DNA of 64,000 bases, taken from the human T2T-CHM13v2.0 reference genome, Homo sapiens. Shown piece after piece: positions 27,806 through 44,379 of the stretch. The stretch lies in NCBI RefSeq assembly GCF_009914755.1, contig NC_060934.1. One strand, 5' to 3'. The translations under genes were made by a program, and so were the position numbers. Under the pieces are notes generated by a model, which was given only the letters and a program-made list of their open reading frames with translations, was not told the DNA's origin and made no database searches. Numbering within the stretch: position 1 is the first letter of the stretch; each line of letters opens with the position of its first letter.

Positions 27806-29559
27806 TGGCTTGGGGCTTCTTGGATGGCTCATGGCAGCTTCCCAGTGGCTGGTGGGCCCTGCTCTGCCCTGAGGGTTGTCTGCTCCTGTCATCCTGAAGG
27901 ATGAGGGACCCACAGAAGAGGGTGTGGCTGGAGCCCCCCCACAGCATCCAAGGCTGATGCTGGCTGGTCCTCCCCAATTCCCCAGAAAGTCTGCAGAGAG
28001 AGAATTATGGCTGTGCCCCGATAGACAGTGGTCATGGCTGGGGGAGGCCTGAGTTTACATTCCGGGCTGTTGTCATGAAGCTGCTGCGTGACCTAGGGCG
28101 AGTGGGGTAACCTCTCCAGCCTTCCTGTGACAGGCCTGGCAGGGAGGGCTCTGAGGGGTCAAGTGTGGCATTCCACTCGCAGGGCTTACACTTCTGAGCA
28201 CAGCCCATGCGTTGGGAGTGACTGTTATTTTTCTCCCTGCTCCATGGAGAGAGCCTTGCGCCTTCCCCTCCCCTGCTGGGGGCTGCCCTCCTCTCTCCCA
28301 GGAGTTTGGCTGTGGGCTGCTGCGCTTGCCATTGGCTCAGACACCAGGGCCACCAGAAGCTGCCTGCAGTGTGAGCTTAGAGCGGTGCCAGCCTCAAGGG
28401 TAAGTGAGGGAGAAACCCACCTGAGCCCTGCTCACCAGGCTGTGTGTCCACCCAGAGGGCTTTCCCTGCCAGGCCAGTGGCCACACGTTTTTCCAGCTCT
28501 TAAGTCTAGGGCTTTGTTCCTTTGCACTATAGCACCACTCAGCAAAGAGGAGATAAAAACAAATGGTGACACCAAGCCCTGTGTGTTCCCTGTTACCTGT
28601 CCTCAGATCCCCATTACCTGAGCACCCGTGTGGGTAGCAGCGTAGAGGCGGCTCGGGTCTCTGCAGAGGTTCCCATGGATGCATCCATGTGCATCACCCA
28701 CGTGTGGACGGGGTCTGCACTCACTCGCTCCCATGTGTAAAATAAACAATCACAATGGATTGTGCAGGGGCAGGGCCCTCTGCCCCCTGTGCTGAAGCAG
28801 GTTATCTCCTGCTCTCTGTTCAGCCCCAGCTTCAGTGACCCCTCCTCTGGATGCCTTCCCCAACAGGTCTGGATCTCCAGTGGGGTGCCTTCTCTGATCA
28901 GTCCTGCTGTAGTCTTTGATATTCCTGTATTGTTACAATCCAATTTCTTATTTGTCCCCTCTACTAGGCAGTGGGCTTAAGGGCAGAGGCCCGGCCTTTA
29001 TCACCTACCCACCGTCCATCCATTGACTAGTATGGGGCCCCTCCTGCTGCCACACCCCTAATACATGCTGGGGATATTGTGGTGGCCTCTTCACATCCTC
29101 AGTCCCAGCCTCCTATCTGGGGAGTTCTCAAATAACTGGGGATAAATGAAGGTTCTTAGAAATTAATGGTATGAGTATCAAAGCTTCAGAGTGAGATGGA
29201 GGGAAAGTCATTAAGAGTTAAGGCTCTGGAGCCTTCTTGACAGACCCCAGCCTCCTGTCCTGCCTTCTTAGCTTTCCCCGTGAGTCTCCATGCACCCTCA
29301 CTCCACCGCCCCAGCAGAGTGTATTCTATCTTCATTCAGGCTATAGCATAGATGACTGACAGCGCTCAAGTTGTTACCCTTCTACGTGGCGGCATAGATG
29401 GTAATGTTTCAAAGCATGGGCTTTTGATTCAGACAGACCCACATGAGAAGCTACTTAACATCTTTGAACTTCAATGTGTTCACCTGTGTAATGGGGACAA
29501 CAATCTGATAGAGTTGTTGTAAAGATTAGACTAGATTGGGTTGCATTAGATTAGATTAG

Positions 29560-29775
29560 AGGTCAGTAAAGGTAAGGCCCAGGGCCAGATATAGCCTGGC
29601 AGCTGTCTTGTAAAGGAAGTTGGATTGGAACACAGACACACTCACTCACAGTCTCATCTGCGACTGATTTTGTGCTTCGGTGGCAGAATCGAATGGTTGT
29701 GACCGAGAATGAATGACCCCCAGAGCCTAAAATATTTATCTGGTCCTTTACAGAAAAAGTTTAGTAACTCTTGGA
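29560..29775. mobile_element. MER58A-like hAT DNA transposon
   Basis: ggtcagtaaa...ttggaacacag...cctaaaatatttatctggtcctttacagaaaaagttt. Confidence 0.75.
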
Positions 29776-30367
29776 TTATATAATACAAGTTAATAAATGC
29801 TATTTTGCTTTTAGCCAAAAGGGCAGAGCAGCGATGGTGAAATCTGGGGTCACTGACAGTTCTTGGGTGGGATTTGAGAGGCTCAGTGCTCACAGGAGTA
29901 TCCCGGAGTTCCTCAGATGCCCTATGGAGGCCACAGTAGCCCCATGACTTTTCTCCTTTATGGAGATATTGCCAACTTTGATTTTTACAGCAACCTTGTG
30001 GGTTAGAGATAAAGGGTGGTTCATCTTCATGTTATAAGAGAGACAATGGAGGCCAGAGAAGCGAGGGATTGGGCCTGGGACGCCCACAGAGATAGGATGA
30101 GTGGCTCCCGGAACCCAGGCTTTCTGCTCTGGGCCAGTTCTCACCCCTTTGCTACTCATTGCTTCAAAGATTTAGCAGTGCCCTCATGGCAGGAAAATGG
30201 CTCTTGCCCATGAGTTGACCTAGTATGGAGCAATCCCTCATACTACTTTACTTACAGAGGCAGGGAAAGGGGCACCAGTGATGGGGACAGAGGTGGGTGG
30301 TGGGCAATGTCACAGTGACAGCCCCTCCTGTGGGTTGGACCTCACTCTCTTCCTGTCTTGGTTCCAG

Positions 30368-30558
30368 CCTTTGGCCTGGGAGACCTTCCCAACCTGCTGG
30401 GCCTGGTGGGGGACCAGCTGGGCGACACAGAGCGGAAGCGGCGGCATGCCAAGCCAGGCAGCTACAGCATCGAGGTGCTGCTGGTGGTGGACGACTCGGT
30501 GGTTCGCTTCCATGGCAAGGAGCATGTGCAGAACTATGTCCTCACCCTCATGAATATC
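30368..30558 (+). CDS. ADAMTS14: ADAMTS14 exon 4 (191 nt, phase 1-0), prodomain end, furin site and start of catalytic domain
   Basis: Acceptor gttccag|CC; donor ATC|gtgagt; encodes FGLGDLPNLLGLVGDQLGDTERKRRHAKPGSYSIEVLLVVDDSVVRFHGKEHVQNYVLTLMNI; RKRR at 30433-30444. Confidence 0.97.
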
Positions 30559-31248
30559 GTGAGTGTCCATGTGTCCTAGGACTTGGGGGGAGTGGGGTGG
30601 GGTGGGCCCCACCCCACCCCACTGGGCCCCAGTGCTGATCCAAGTGGAAGTTTCTGGGGCCTGGTATTTTTTAGGTGGATTTGGGGAAGTCATTGCTTGC
30701 TCCTTAGCCCAGAAGGCACACCCTTGGCAGCCAGGTTCGATGGTGTAATGAGCCTGAATTGGCCTGACTTGCGTCCCAGGCTGTGGCCTGATCCCAGCTG
30801 TACATACCTGGGCTGAGGTGACCCACCAGGCCTCCTGCGCTGGAGCCTGTGGACAGTGGGTTCTGGGCTTGGACACATTCAGAGTCAGGGTCAGGCGTGG
30901 CCTGGAGCCTTGCTTGTGTTGGAGTTGAAGGGACTCTTCTGGGACTCATCATCTGGAAAAAATGCCCACCCCCAGGCTGGGGAGACTGGCCGAGGAGCTG
31001 TCAATATGTGAAGTGGGTCCTGAGACCCTGACGTTGGCCCTGGGTGTGCACAGACAGGCAAGGAAAATCAGGGATGTGGGCAAATTCTAAGACTGCATTG
31101 AAGCAGAGAGCCCGTGCCCTTAGCTGCTGCCTGTGGCTGTCCTGCAGAGATACAGGACTCTCGTCACAGAAAAGCTAGTTTTTCAAGAAAAGTCAGAAAT
31201 GTAGTTTTTTTTTAAGTGTTTAAAAAATTTCATTATGGAAAATTTTAA

Positions 31249-31581
<333 letters not shown>

Positions 31582-32749
31582 ACATTTCCAGTTTTTAAAT
31601 GTTAAAAGAGAAACCCACTGTGGATGCCAAACAAAATACACTATAGGCCACAGGTGGCCCCAAGTGAGCATCCCTGGGCTAAAGGGGCAGAGACAAGGAA
31701 GAGCAGGAGGGAAAGGAGGGTGAGAGCATATGGCCTTTGTCAGGGTGCCTGTGGCTGTGTGGTTCTGGGAAAGGATGGGGACCTGTCTGGGTGAGGTGAG
31801 ACCCAAGGTAGAAATAGTGCAGGCAGGGGCCAGATGCTGGGGATGGGGGCCGGACCCTCAGCCCTCCCCTATGAAGTGTAGTACCGGAGGCAGGTGACCC
31901 ATTGGGATAGACCCCAGCTCAGCATGGGACACTGTGCAGTCCAGGCCTGGGGGAGGTGGGCAGTGGTGCACAAGGGAAAATGCCACGTCAACAGGAGGCA
32001 ACAGGGCAGGTGCCCTTCACCTCTGAGCCTCTGCAAGGTGACCAGGTTAATGGCTCATCATAAACATTCATCTGGAACACCAGAGCTGAGAAAGAAGATA
32101 TGTACGTGGTGGGTCCTGAAGAATTTGAGTGAGGCCTCTTTTGAAGGCCAAAGCTTCCAGCCCCTGCATGGGCCCTCACTGGCCTTGATGTTAGGGCCCT
32201 TTGCCCCTAGGCCTGTCTGGAGAGGATAAAGAGGCTGGCTAGCTGTATGATCATACAGACCGAAAGATGACTGCAGTATGCCAAGGCCGGGATAGAATCA
32301 CCTTATCCTCAGTCTAACATGGGCAGTGCTGGGAGGCTGTAAGAGATGTGCAATTGATTGTGCTACGGCACTAAGAGGAATATTAGTGAATCGGCCAAGA
32401 GCACACAGTCTGACTCGGCCCCTTCCTGTCTTTGTGACTTTGGGGGCGAGTTACGAACCCTCTGGTGTGTCTCTTCTGCACTTTGAAAGCAGCATTAACA
32501 GTACTTACTACCAGAGGTTTTGGGGAGGATGAAATGAGCGCATGGTGCACAGCATGGCCATGCAGAGCATGCGCTGTCAGTGGGTGGTGGTTGGTGATAA
32601 TAATGTGACCTTCGTGAAGTGACTGGTCATGCATTTCTGGGAACGGGACAGTTGATGGGGAGAAATGTCAACCCCACGTCATGTCAGTCCCCTTGGAAAC
32701 ATTGGTAGGGCGCTGCCTGGGTCCATAATCTGGCTGCACCTTTGACGAG

Positions 32750-32769
32750 GTGGTCACTAGGGGGACAGC
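32750..32769 (+). promoter_or_regulatory. Possible CTCF motif
   Basis: gtggtcactagggggacag resembles the TGGCCACCAGGGGGCGC core; motif match only. Confidence 0.3.
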
Positions 32770-35691
32770 CCCTTAATGTCTCTGGGACCTTGGGCAGGGG
32801 ACCTGTGTTGCTCAGGGATCCATAGGATGCAAATGATGAAAACCCAACTCAATCTAGATGAAGACAAAAGCGGTAATTTCTTTCGTGGGTCAAATTGGGG
32901 GAGGGACAGGTTGGAGCCAGTTATAAGAGTAATTGGAACTAGAGGAAGTTTTCAGGTTCGCTTCTCTGTCTGTGACATGCTGATTCTCTCTGACCGACTT
33001 CTCTACCAGACATTCTGGCCACTGACAACACAACGCTGACTCCTATCCCCATCCATGGCTGGAGACAAAAGGAGTTTCCCCTCTGGTTCCCAGGCAAAAT
33101 CTCCCGAAGCAGGACTCTGATTGGCCTAACCTGGGTCACGTGCCACTCTTTGGGATGATCACTACACGTTAGAGAGGGAGAGCATCAGTGCTCCAAGGCT
33201 GGAGAGCAGTTAGACACAGCCATGGCCGCTGGAGAAATTGTTCTGAGCTGGCCAGTCACCCCAGTTTGTGTCTGCTACAGTTTAGCCCCTTAGAGCCTCT
33301 GCTTTTTCATGATAGTGTCTGCTCTTGGGTTTGTGAAGATTTAGTATCCAGGGTATCTAGCACATGCCTGGCACATAGTGGGTACTCAAGTAATGTTTTC
33401 TGTCATTAGTATTGTTACATTGTTTGTTTTTGCGTGTATAAGTTGTTCCTCGCCTGAGTTTGGGAAAGTGAGTTCCCTGAGGGGAGGGGCTTTTTCTTTT
33501 TAGGAACCCCAACAGCACACACAGCACAGGGTCTGAGACCTGAGAGGTGATTGGTAAACGTGGAGGCGAATGGTATCCACGAGAGAAGCGGGTGGCCGGC
33601 ACCCATTGAGATGGCAGCAGGAGAGAGCAGCAGAGTTCTGTCTGCAGTGTCAATATCAATAAAAGAGCAGGAGCAGAGATCAGCTCCAATGACAGGAGCC
33701 CAGGGAGCGGGTGGGGGGCTAGAAAGTCTGTCCCTGGCCGCCCCTGTGTGTGGACACTTCTTCCATCCCAGGAGCCTAGCATGTGGTTTTGGACACGAAG
33801 GGCAAAGGCTACCACATGGAGTTGTTTGAGAAAGAGAGAGGGAGGGGAGGGAGAGGACGCCTATGAATCTGAACACACCCACCATGCTGGAACACTTGAC
33901 CGCCCACCCAGACTCCGCAAATCACAGGCCCAGCCTGAGGCCGTAGCTGGGGACCGATCCCATTAGTAGGAGGCCACGCTGAGAGCCAGGTTTGGCCCCT
34001 GGAGCCAGCAGGTGGGGGACAAGAGGAAGGGCAGGAAAGGGGAAAGGGGTAGGGGAGACCTCAGGATGCCCAAGAGTGGTAGGAACCTGGGTCCCACGGC
34101 CCAAAACTGGGGCTGAAGACCCCAGGACTGTAAGCCAAGCCCTATTGCAGCCCCAGAATCCTTCACTTTGTTAAAAGATAATTTTCAGGAAAAGGTAAAC
34201 TCATGACTCTCATAGAGAAATAAAAATGAACATATGTTAAAGATTTGACTCCACATTAATGAGGGAACCAGGCAGATGTTATAACTCGTTCAAAAGAGAA
34301 CCCAAGGACAGAAACATTATAGATTAGGAATTTTATAATGAATGTGCAAAAGGAGACAAAATTGATGTTGTGTAGGGTGGGAGGGAAGGCTGTTTAGCCT
34401 CTGCCAGAGAAGATGGAACCTGCCTGCGTGCAGACAGGAATTTTGCGTTGCTCTTAGTGACCCATGGTGCTCTCTGCTGTAAGGGCACTTTCTCTGCATC
34501 CGATTCCGATAAGGGGGAAAGACACGCGGTGGCAGTGCCTGTCTTCCATTGAAGCACAAGTTTTTATTCTCTGGTTTGAGGCCTGACCAGGTGTGAGGAG
34601 TCTGATGACTTGTCCTCCTTAAAAATCTCTGCCCTCATTCCCGGAACTAGCGGAGTGGCAGCATCTCCCAGGCTACAGCCCTGGATTGGACTGGGTTACA
34701 GCCCTACACAGCAGTGTGGTGGGATTCTGTCTCTTCTGCAACTCTGTTCTGCCACCTGCTCCTCACTTCCAGGATTCTGGCTGGGGTTAGGAGAGTGAGA
34801 GTGCCCAGGGCAGTGGCGGGGGTGAGTTTTCTGAGGGGGACCACAAAGTTGTCTTGGGTGATCTGCTCCATTCTTTCTCTCATCTTTCAGAGAAACTCTT
34901 TCAGAGGTACCCTGGGGGACCTCCATGAATTCTGTTGCTTGGCTTCTTAACTCTTGGTTGGACTGAGGTGTCGGCAGGTTCTGGAGGGTGGATCAGGCTT
35001 GCTGGAGCCCTGCTCCCCAGCTGGCTTCACTGCCAGCCTTGGCTAACATCCATTCATTTGTTCAGAGCTGGGTGCTGTGCTACCTCTGTGGGCCCTCTGT
35101 GGGATGAGGTATTGGGTGGGGTGGGGTGGGGGTCAGGGTTCTTGTGGTTGCAGGTGACAGATCCAGCTCACACTAGCTGAAGCCAAAGAGGGGTGTATTG
35201 GCAGGGAGCTGCTGACATGCCCACAGAGCCAGTGGGGCAGGAGCCCCAGGGGCCACAGGATGAGGGCTTCAGGCCCATTAGGGCACCGTCCCCTACTCTG
35301 CTGGCCTGTGCTTGTCAGTGGAACCCAGCAGCAGATGGGCTTTCTCCCATGATGGGAAACAGGAACAACCCAGGTCCTCACACTTAGGACCCAAATGCCA
35401 AAGGTCTCTTTCTTGCCCTCCTAGGGAAGACTGGCTAGGGTGGGACATGAGGCTATCCCTGTATTAATTGCTGTGACTAGAAGGTTGGTTTGGGTCTGCT
35501 GGGTCACAGCTTGCCGCTGTGTATGGGGGTGAGTTGGAGCAGGACCTGTGCCCAGAAGGCAAGCAGCAAAGCATGCGGACAGGAAGAATGGCTTCCACAG
35601 TGGGGGACACAAAAGGAAGAGAAAACACAGTCCCTGCCCTCTGAGCTTATACTGCTGTGTGTCTGCAGACCACTGCACAAGATATAATTGC

Positions 35692-35990
35692 AAGCTGGGT
35701 GCCGTGACTCACACCTATAATCCTAGCACTTTGGGAGTCCAAGACAGGAGGATTGCTTGAGGCCAGGAGTTCAAGACAAGCCTGGGCATAGCAAGTCCCC
35801 ATTTCTACAAAAAAATTTAAAAAATTAGCCAAGCAAGGTGGTGCACACCTGTAGTCCCAGCTACTCAGGAGGTTGAGGTGGGAGGATCGCTGGAGCCCAG
35901 GAGTTCAAGGCTGCAGTGAGCTATGATTGTGCCGCTGCACTCCACCCTGGCCAACAGAATAAGACCCTGTCTCTAGAATTAAAAAAAAAG
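35692..35990 (+). mobile_element. AluJ
   Basis: ggaggattgcttgaggccaggagttcaag and gcagtgagctatgattg are J-type features. Confidence 0.88.
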
Positions 35991-36289
35991 AATATCATTG
36001 TAGAAATTATTAGTATTGTTTTTGAGCAACCACTGGGAGCCAGACTCTTTGTAGACTCGACCTCATTTATTTAAGTCTCCCCATAACCCTGTGAGAGGTC
36101 TGAGTAGCCTCAATGTCCTTACATAGAAACTGGCGTGCAGAGACAGGCTGTAACTTGCTAGTCTGCCCTCTGGTAGGCCGTGGGGCTGGGATCTGAGCAC
36201 CACTGTGTCCACTCCAGAGCTCACCCTCTTCCCCAGGCCTGGTGCCAGCTGGTGCTGTCCGTGGCTGGTGACCCAGCTGTTATGGTAGA

Positions 36290-37080
<791 letters not shown>

Positions 37081-37790
37081 ACAGGCTGGGAACAGGACCC
37101 CAGGAGAGGGAGTGCTTGTATGCATGTATGTCCTGGAGGGGCCATGACCTGTGCCAGCTCCTACAGTCTCTGCTTGGTGAGGGGCTCCACATGCATGGTT
37201 TCTGGGCACTGTGTGCCCTCAGCGAGGCCCCTTCCAGACCCACTGAGTGGCCTGGTCTGAGCCCCTGATAAGGGCTCTAAGAGGGTCAGCTCAAATGATG
37301 GGGGTGAGGGTGGAGGGGATACTCTTTGGGGCTATGGGAAAAACAATGAAACCCACTGCTGAGGTGGAGAGCTGAAGGCAGCGAAGTTTGGAAGGTAGTG
37401 GGGAGAGTAGATGGGAGCTTGTTCCCCAAGCAGAATTTGGGAGCTTCCCTTGGAAACCAGAAGAGGTCTTTTGATGGGCTATAAGTGAGATGTTTCTTTC
37501 TATTGGGCAAAGTGTACTTTTGAAACTTGGCATTCCAGGGCTGGCCTGGCCTGAAACGTGATGCATTCAGAAGGGGGTAGGAAGCCCTCCAATCTGGAGT
37601 TATAAGAGACCACGTGGATGGTGGCAGGAGTGGGTGGGAAGTTCTCTCTGAGCCCTTGATGTTCATGATGTGGAGGCCAGCTGCCCACTTATCCTTCTCT
37701 GGTGTTCCCCTGACGTCCCTAGGACTTTACTGTTGGAGGAAGGCAGGCTCAGTAACCCATTCTAACCTTCTTGGCCAAATTAACACATTC

Positions 37791-37829
37791 TGACTTTTGA
37801 CCCTTGACCTCTGACTCATGCATGACTCA
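37791..37829. promoter_or_regulatory. Candidate enhancer motif cluster: four DR1-spaced nuclear-receptor half-sites overlapping two AP-1 sites
   Basis: TGACTT t TGACCC t TGACCT c TGACTCA tgca TGACTCA. Confidence 0.4.
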
Positions 37830-40134
37830 AAGCTGTGGCCGGGGAACATTGTCAGTTTCCACTGAAGACTGGGCCCCGAGGGCCTGCCTTGGTGACTGCT
37901 GTTTGGATAGTCTTGGTCCTACCTTCCTTCTCCCCACAATCTGCCAGAAAGTGGGTGAGGAGAGAGGAGAGTAATGATCTTCCCAGAGGTTCTGGAAGGC
38001 CGCTAGAGGCTAGGTCTTCTGCTCACTGCTGGGTTGCCCTGTGAATGTGGGAACAGAAAGGGCCTGCGATGGGTGAGGGGCACAGCTGAGGCAGAGCTTC
38101 CCCTGAGGGAAGCCCAGTTCCTCTTGGGGAGAGAGGCTCACAGCATTGAGATGGACTGCGGCTTAAAGGAGCCATGACCTTGCAGACCTGCTGCTGCCAT
38201 CGCGGGTACATGGGCGGTGTGGGGTTCTGGCTTCCCCCGAACAGGTGCAGAGGACGGACAGTCAAACTTCCCAGCAAGGGAAGGAGAGCAGATGGGGACC
38301 GACAGTCTGCCTCCCTGGGGACCAGCAGCTCATCCTGTCCATTGTGTGGAAGCTTTTATTTGGCTGGGATGCTTGACGCTCGAATTGCCTTAGGGGATTT
38401 CCATGGGGCCAGTAATAACAGCTTGCCTTTGCATTCCCCTTGGAACACCTGTCTGCTGTGACCATTTCTGATCCTGATTTCCGGGGCCAGGTCTGGGCTG
38501 GCGGGACCAGAGGGAGGAGATCTGGTTCCTGGGATGGATGGTCCCATTGTGCTCTCAACCCAGGGAGGAGGGGGCAGAAGCCATTAGTGAAGCACCCAAA
38601 GTTATCTGACAAGGCCCTGGGCACTGCTGTCAGGGGCAGCTGGAGGGACAGTCTGGGTGGCCCTGCCTCCTATATGTCTTTTGCATTGACCTGGGGAGGT
38701 GCTATGGATATTCCTGCAGCTTCAGATGATGCGACCGGGCTCCCCGCTCAGCCTTGTCGCACACGCTGCTGGGCGCTGTCTTTTTCTGTGCCTGTTTGCA
38801 CATCTATACTGGGTCATCTTCCTTAAGACTTCTTCAAATCTCAGGACTAGAGAACCATTTGAGCACTTTGAAGCATAAAGGGGTAGTTGTTTTCAGCATT
38901 TAGTGAGTACGTGTTGTGTGCCTTGTATCACAGACAGACTCCCATCGTGGAAGTTTTGGTCTGGCTGCAAAAACAAGCCTTAGTCCTATGGAATAATCAG
39001 GGAACCACTGAGAATGGTACCAGTACCAAGGAGCTTAGAGGGGGTGCTGTCCCTGTGGGGTTGTGGAGAGAGGAGGGCTGTCTACAGGGGCTCATTGCTG
39101 AGCCTGCCCTGGGGGAGAGGGCAATTTGGAGAGGGGAGGGCATGTGGGCCAGGGCGGCAGACAGCACAGCAAGGTTGTGGGGGTAGGGTTGAGGAAGGAG
39201 ACCCAAGTGTGTGGCAACAGGTGACAGAAGCCTGCAGAGACCTCCCTGGCATCTAGGTGTGGCGGGATGGCTGGCAAGGCAGCAGTATGGACTGTGGCGT
39301 AAAGAAGAGGCATGAGAACAGCTCCCCGTGGTGGCATCCAAGGTGGATCTGCAGGTTCCCAGGGTCCTCTCCTGGCCCAGGGGTGATGGACCAGTTCTCT
39401 GGGGCGAGGACCTCTTTGGACATGGGGATATTGGGGAACCTCCTAGGGCCTGGAACTGGAGCACAGGGAGGGTGAGAAGAGAGACAGAGAGGCCCTTTCA
39501 TCATTTCCTTCCAGCCAGGTTGCAGCCAGAAGCTTCCAGTCTGTTTCCTCTAGAAACCCTCTTGGCAGCCAGCCTGTCTGGATGATAGGTGCCTGGTCCA
39601 CCTCCACTCCCCACCCTGCCCCACCTGGCTGACAATACATAGATGTTGGGGTGGTTGCCGGGACAACACTGGCTAGCACCTCTGCCAATTGTAGGGTCCT
39701 ACCAGCTCTGACCTGCCTCAGAGCCCCTTTCTGAGCCTGGGGCCTGCTCAGATGGCCTGTATAGAAGAGCTTGGTGCCTGTTTTAGACCTGGGAGGTTTT
39801 GGCGCAGTTGGCTGTCAGATCAGGGCCTTGGTGGCCTCAGCCTGGAAGGGTGGCATTTTGTTTGTTTGCCCTTGACATGCATTACACATCCATCATAAAG
39901 CCTGGTTTGGAACACCACAAAAACTGCTTTCCTGCTGACGGAGAGTGTGGCTTTGCCAGACATTCTCCTTTTGGGTAGATGAAACTCTAAGGAGCTCATC
40001 CTCCTTGACACGAAGCAGACAATCCTCTTCTTTCCTCTCTTTTTGGTCTTTTTCTCTTCTTTTATGTCTCTTCCCCAAAACTGCTTTTGTGAAAAGTAAA
40101 AAAACTCATTCACTGTAAAGCAGTAGTTCTTTTT

Positions 40135-40466
<332 letters not shown>

Positions 40467-40776
40467 TTTTTTTTTTTTTAAAGACAGTGTCTTGCTTTGT
40501 CACCCAGGCAGGAGCGCAGTGGTGCAATCATGGCTCACTGCAGCCTCAACCTTCTGGGCTCAAGGGATCCTCCTGACTCAGTCTCCTAAGCACCACAGGT
40601 GAGTACCACCATGCTTGCCTAATTTTCTTCTTCTTCTTCTTTTTTTTTTAATTTTTAGTAGAGACAGGGTCTTACTATATTACCCAAGCTGGTCTTGAAC
40701 TCCTGGCCTCAAGCAATCCTCCTGCCTTGGCCCCCCAGAGTGCTGGGATTACAGGTATGAGCCATGGCACCCACCC
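40467..40776 (-). mobile_element. AluJ
   Basis: gcagcctcaaccttctgggctcaag and ggcctcaagcaatcctcc; outer TSD AAGCAGTAGTTCTT at 40118-40131 and 40777-40790. Confidence 0.88.
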
Positions 40777-40779
40777 AAG

Positions 40780-40960
40780 CAGTAGTTCTTAACCAGGGAC
40801 ATTTGGTAATGTCTGGAGATATTTTTGGTTATCACAGCTAGAGGGGATGGGGTGCTACCGGCATCTAGTTGGTAGAGGCCAGGGATTCCACTAAACATCT
40901 TAGAATGCACAGAACAGCTCCCCCAACTGAGATCATCCACATCAAATTGTCCACTGAGAC
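40780..40960. mobile_element. MER20 DNA transposon
   Basis: cagtagttcttaacc...gacatttggtaatgtctggagatatttttggttatcac...ggcatctagttggtagaggccaggga. Confidence 0.8.
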
Positions 40961-41146
40961 CCCCTGACCTATGGTATTAGTTCCAATTGCCACACACAGG
41001 AATTTTCAAAGCAAACCCACTGGGCAGAGAATGATGTGCTGGGAATCTTGGTGTGAGAGATATGTGGTAGTGAGCACCCTCCTGCAAAGAGAGTTTTATG
41101 GTTCACACAACACTTTTGCTTTCGTGGACAGCATCTCACTCCACAA

Positions 41147-41147
<1 letters not shown>

Positions 41148-41188
<41 letters not shown>
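41148..41188. repeat. (CA)n microsatellite at an Alu tail
   Basis: About 19-20 CA units directly abutting the antisense AluJ. Confidence 0.95.
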
Positions 41189-41486
<298 letters not shown>

Positions 41487-42200
41487 TAAGTTTTAAACTA
41501 ACAGATGCCATTGATCAAGCACATGCTATGGGCCAGGCCTGGTTTCAAAGCCTTGACATCTGTTTTTCCCCTCCACTCTCCTGCCTCTGCAAGCTATGTT
41601 TCCTCCACACCCACAGATGAGCAGGGTCGAGCTCCAAGAGGTAAGACCATGCAGTGGTGAGACGTGGCAGAGCTCGACCTTCACAGGCCTCCACACTGCC
41701 TCTGTTTACACACAAGCTGCCAGCCTGGGACATCGAGGCTGCTGCGTTTCACAAATAGGTTGTGGGGGATAAATGCTGAGCATTGTGGGCTTGTGAGAGG
41801 GACTCTTTTGGGCTGGGTGGGTCCATCCCTGTGCACCCTGGTGCCACTCTGCACATGCAGCCTGGGCATGAAGTGGGCTGAGCAGCTGGATCCCTGGAGC
41901 ACCACCCAGACCAGCCTGTAGGCTCCAGGAGCTCCAGAGACAGTCACCCTTTAAGAGGTGTGCTGATTAAAAGGCAGCTAAAAGTGCTCACTTGGAACCC
42001 ACACCAGCCCTTTAAAATATAGGGCATGATCATGAGCTTGGCAGAGAGGGAAGATGGAGCAGCTGAGCCTGCAGCAGCTGAGAAAGAAGTCGGGAGACTC
42101 AGCACTTTCCTTCCACTCCCCTGAGAGCAGCCTCATCCTCCAAGACCTTAAACACCTCACTAGTGACCTCGGAGGCAGGGCCTACCAATGTGGTATGTGG

Positions 42201-43097
<897 letters not shown>

Positions 43098-43113
43098 AGA
43101 AGACAGCTTTTAA

Positions 43114-43564
<451 letters not shown>

Positions 43565-44379
43565 TCAGCACAGTCAGCATAGTCCTCAGTGTGTGACCTT
43601 TCCATGCAGCATTGCCCTGCCTGCCATCGAGAGCAGGGATGGTGCCACCTGAGGGCTCCACTGGCATCCTTGGATTTTCATACAAGCTACGGACAGCATC
43701 CTGTGGATTTGATGCTGGAGCCAGATTGATTTTACTGGGAGGTGTCAATGGGAGGTTTTCAGACAACACCCAGGATTCACATTCCTGCCTCTGATAGTTT
43801 GTTACCTGAAATGACGAAGGCTGTGGTTGTGAAGCCACCAGGAATGACAGAGGCTCTTGCTTGCACTGGCAGTGACACTCACCCCTGGGCTGCCCCCTGG
43901 CTAACAGTGATTGTAAACATGAAAAAGAGGAGCCTATTGGACTCAATAGGATGCAGCATGTGTCTTGGGGGTGCTGGGGGCTAGAGCACATGGTCTGCAG
44001 AGTCACCTTGTGCCTTGTGAGAAGGGCCAGGGTTGCACACCAAGGGGCTGGTCCAGGGCCTGAGACTCCATGTTGCTGTCGTCTCCCTAGGACTGAGAAA
44101 GGACAGGAGGGGTCATTGTGGCCATTCCTCTGTCTTCAAGCAATGTTGCCCACATCTGTCCAGGTTCAGAGGCAGTAAGTGATCAGGGAAGGTGTATGAG
44201 CAGGTCAGGTTTTCCAAGGCCTGGGCTTGTCCTCTGACAATGACTGCTGTCCTCAGGCAAGCTTCCGTATACCTTTGGGCCTGCCTGTATCCCTGAAAAC
44301 AGGGATAGCATACCATCCTCCTTGGAGGTCCTTGGAGAAATGGCTGACTCTGGGACTAGGGCAGGGAATATGCAAGATG

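Noticed and set aside
34170-34620. AT-rich segment resembling an LTR/ERV fragment
   Set aside because: Could not assign a family or boundaries with enough confidence.
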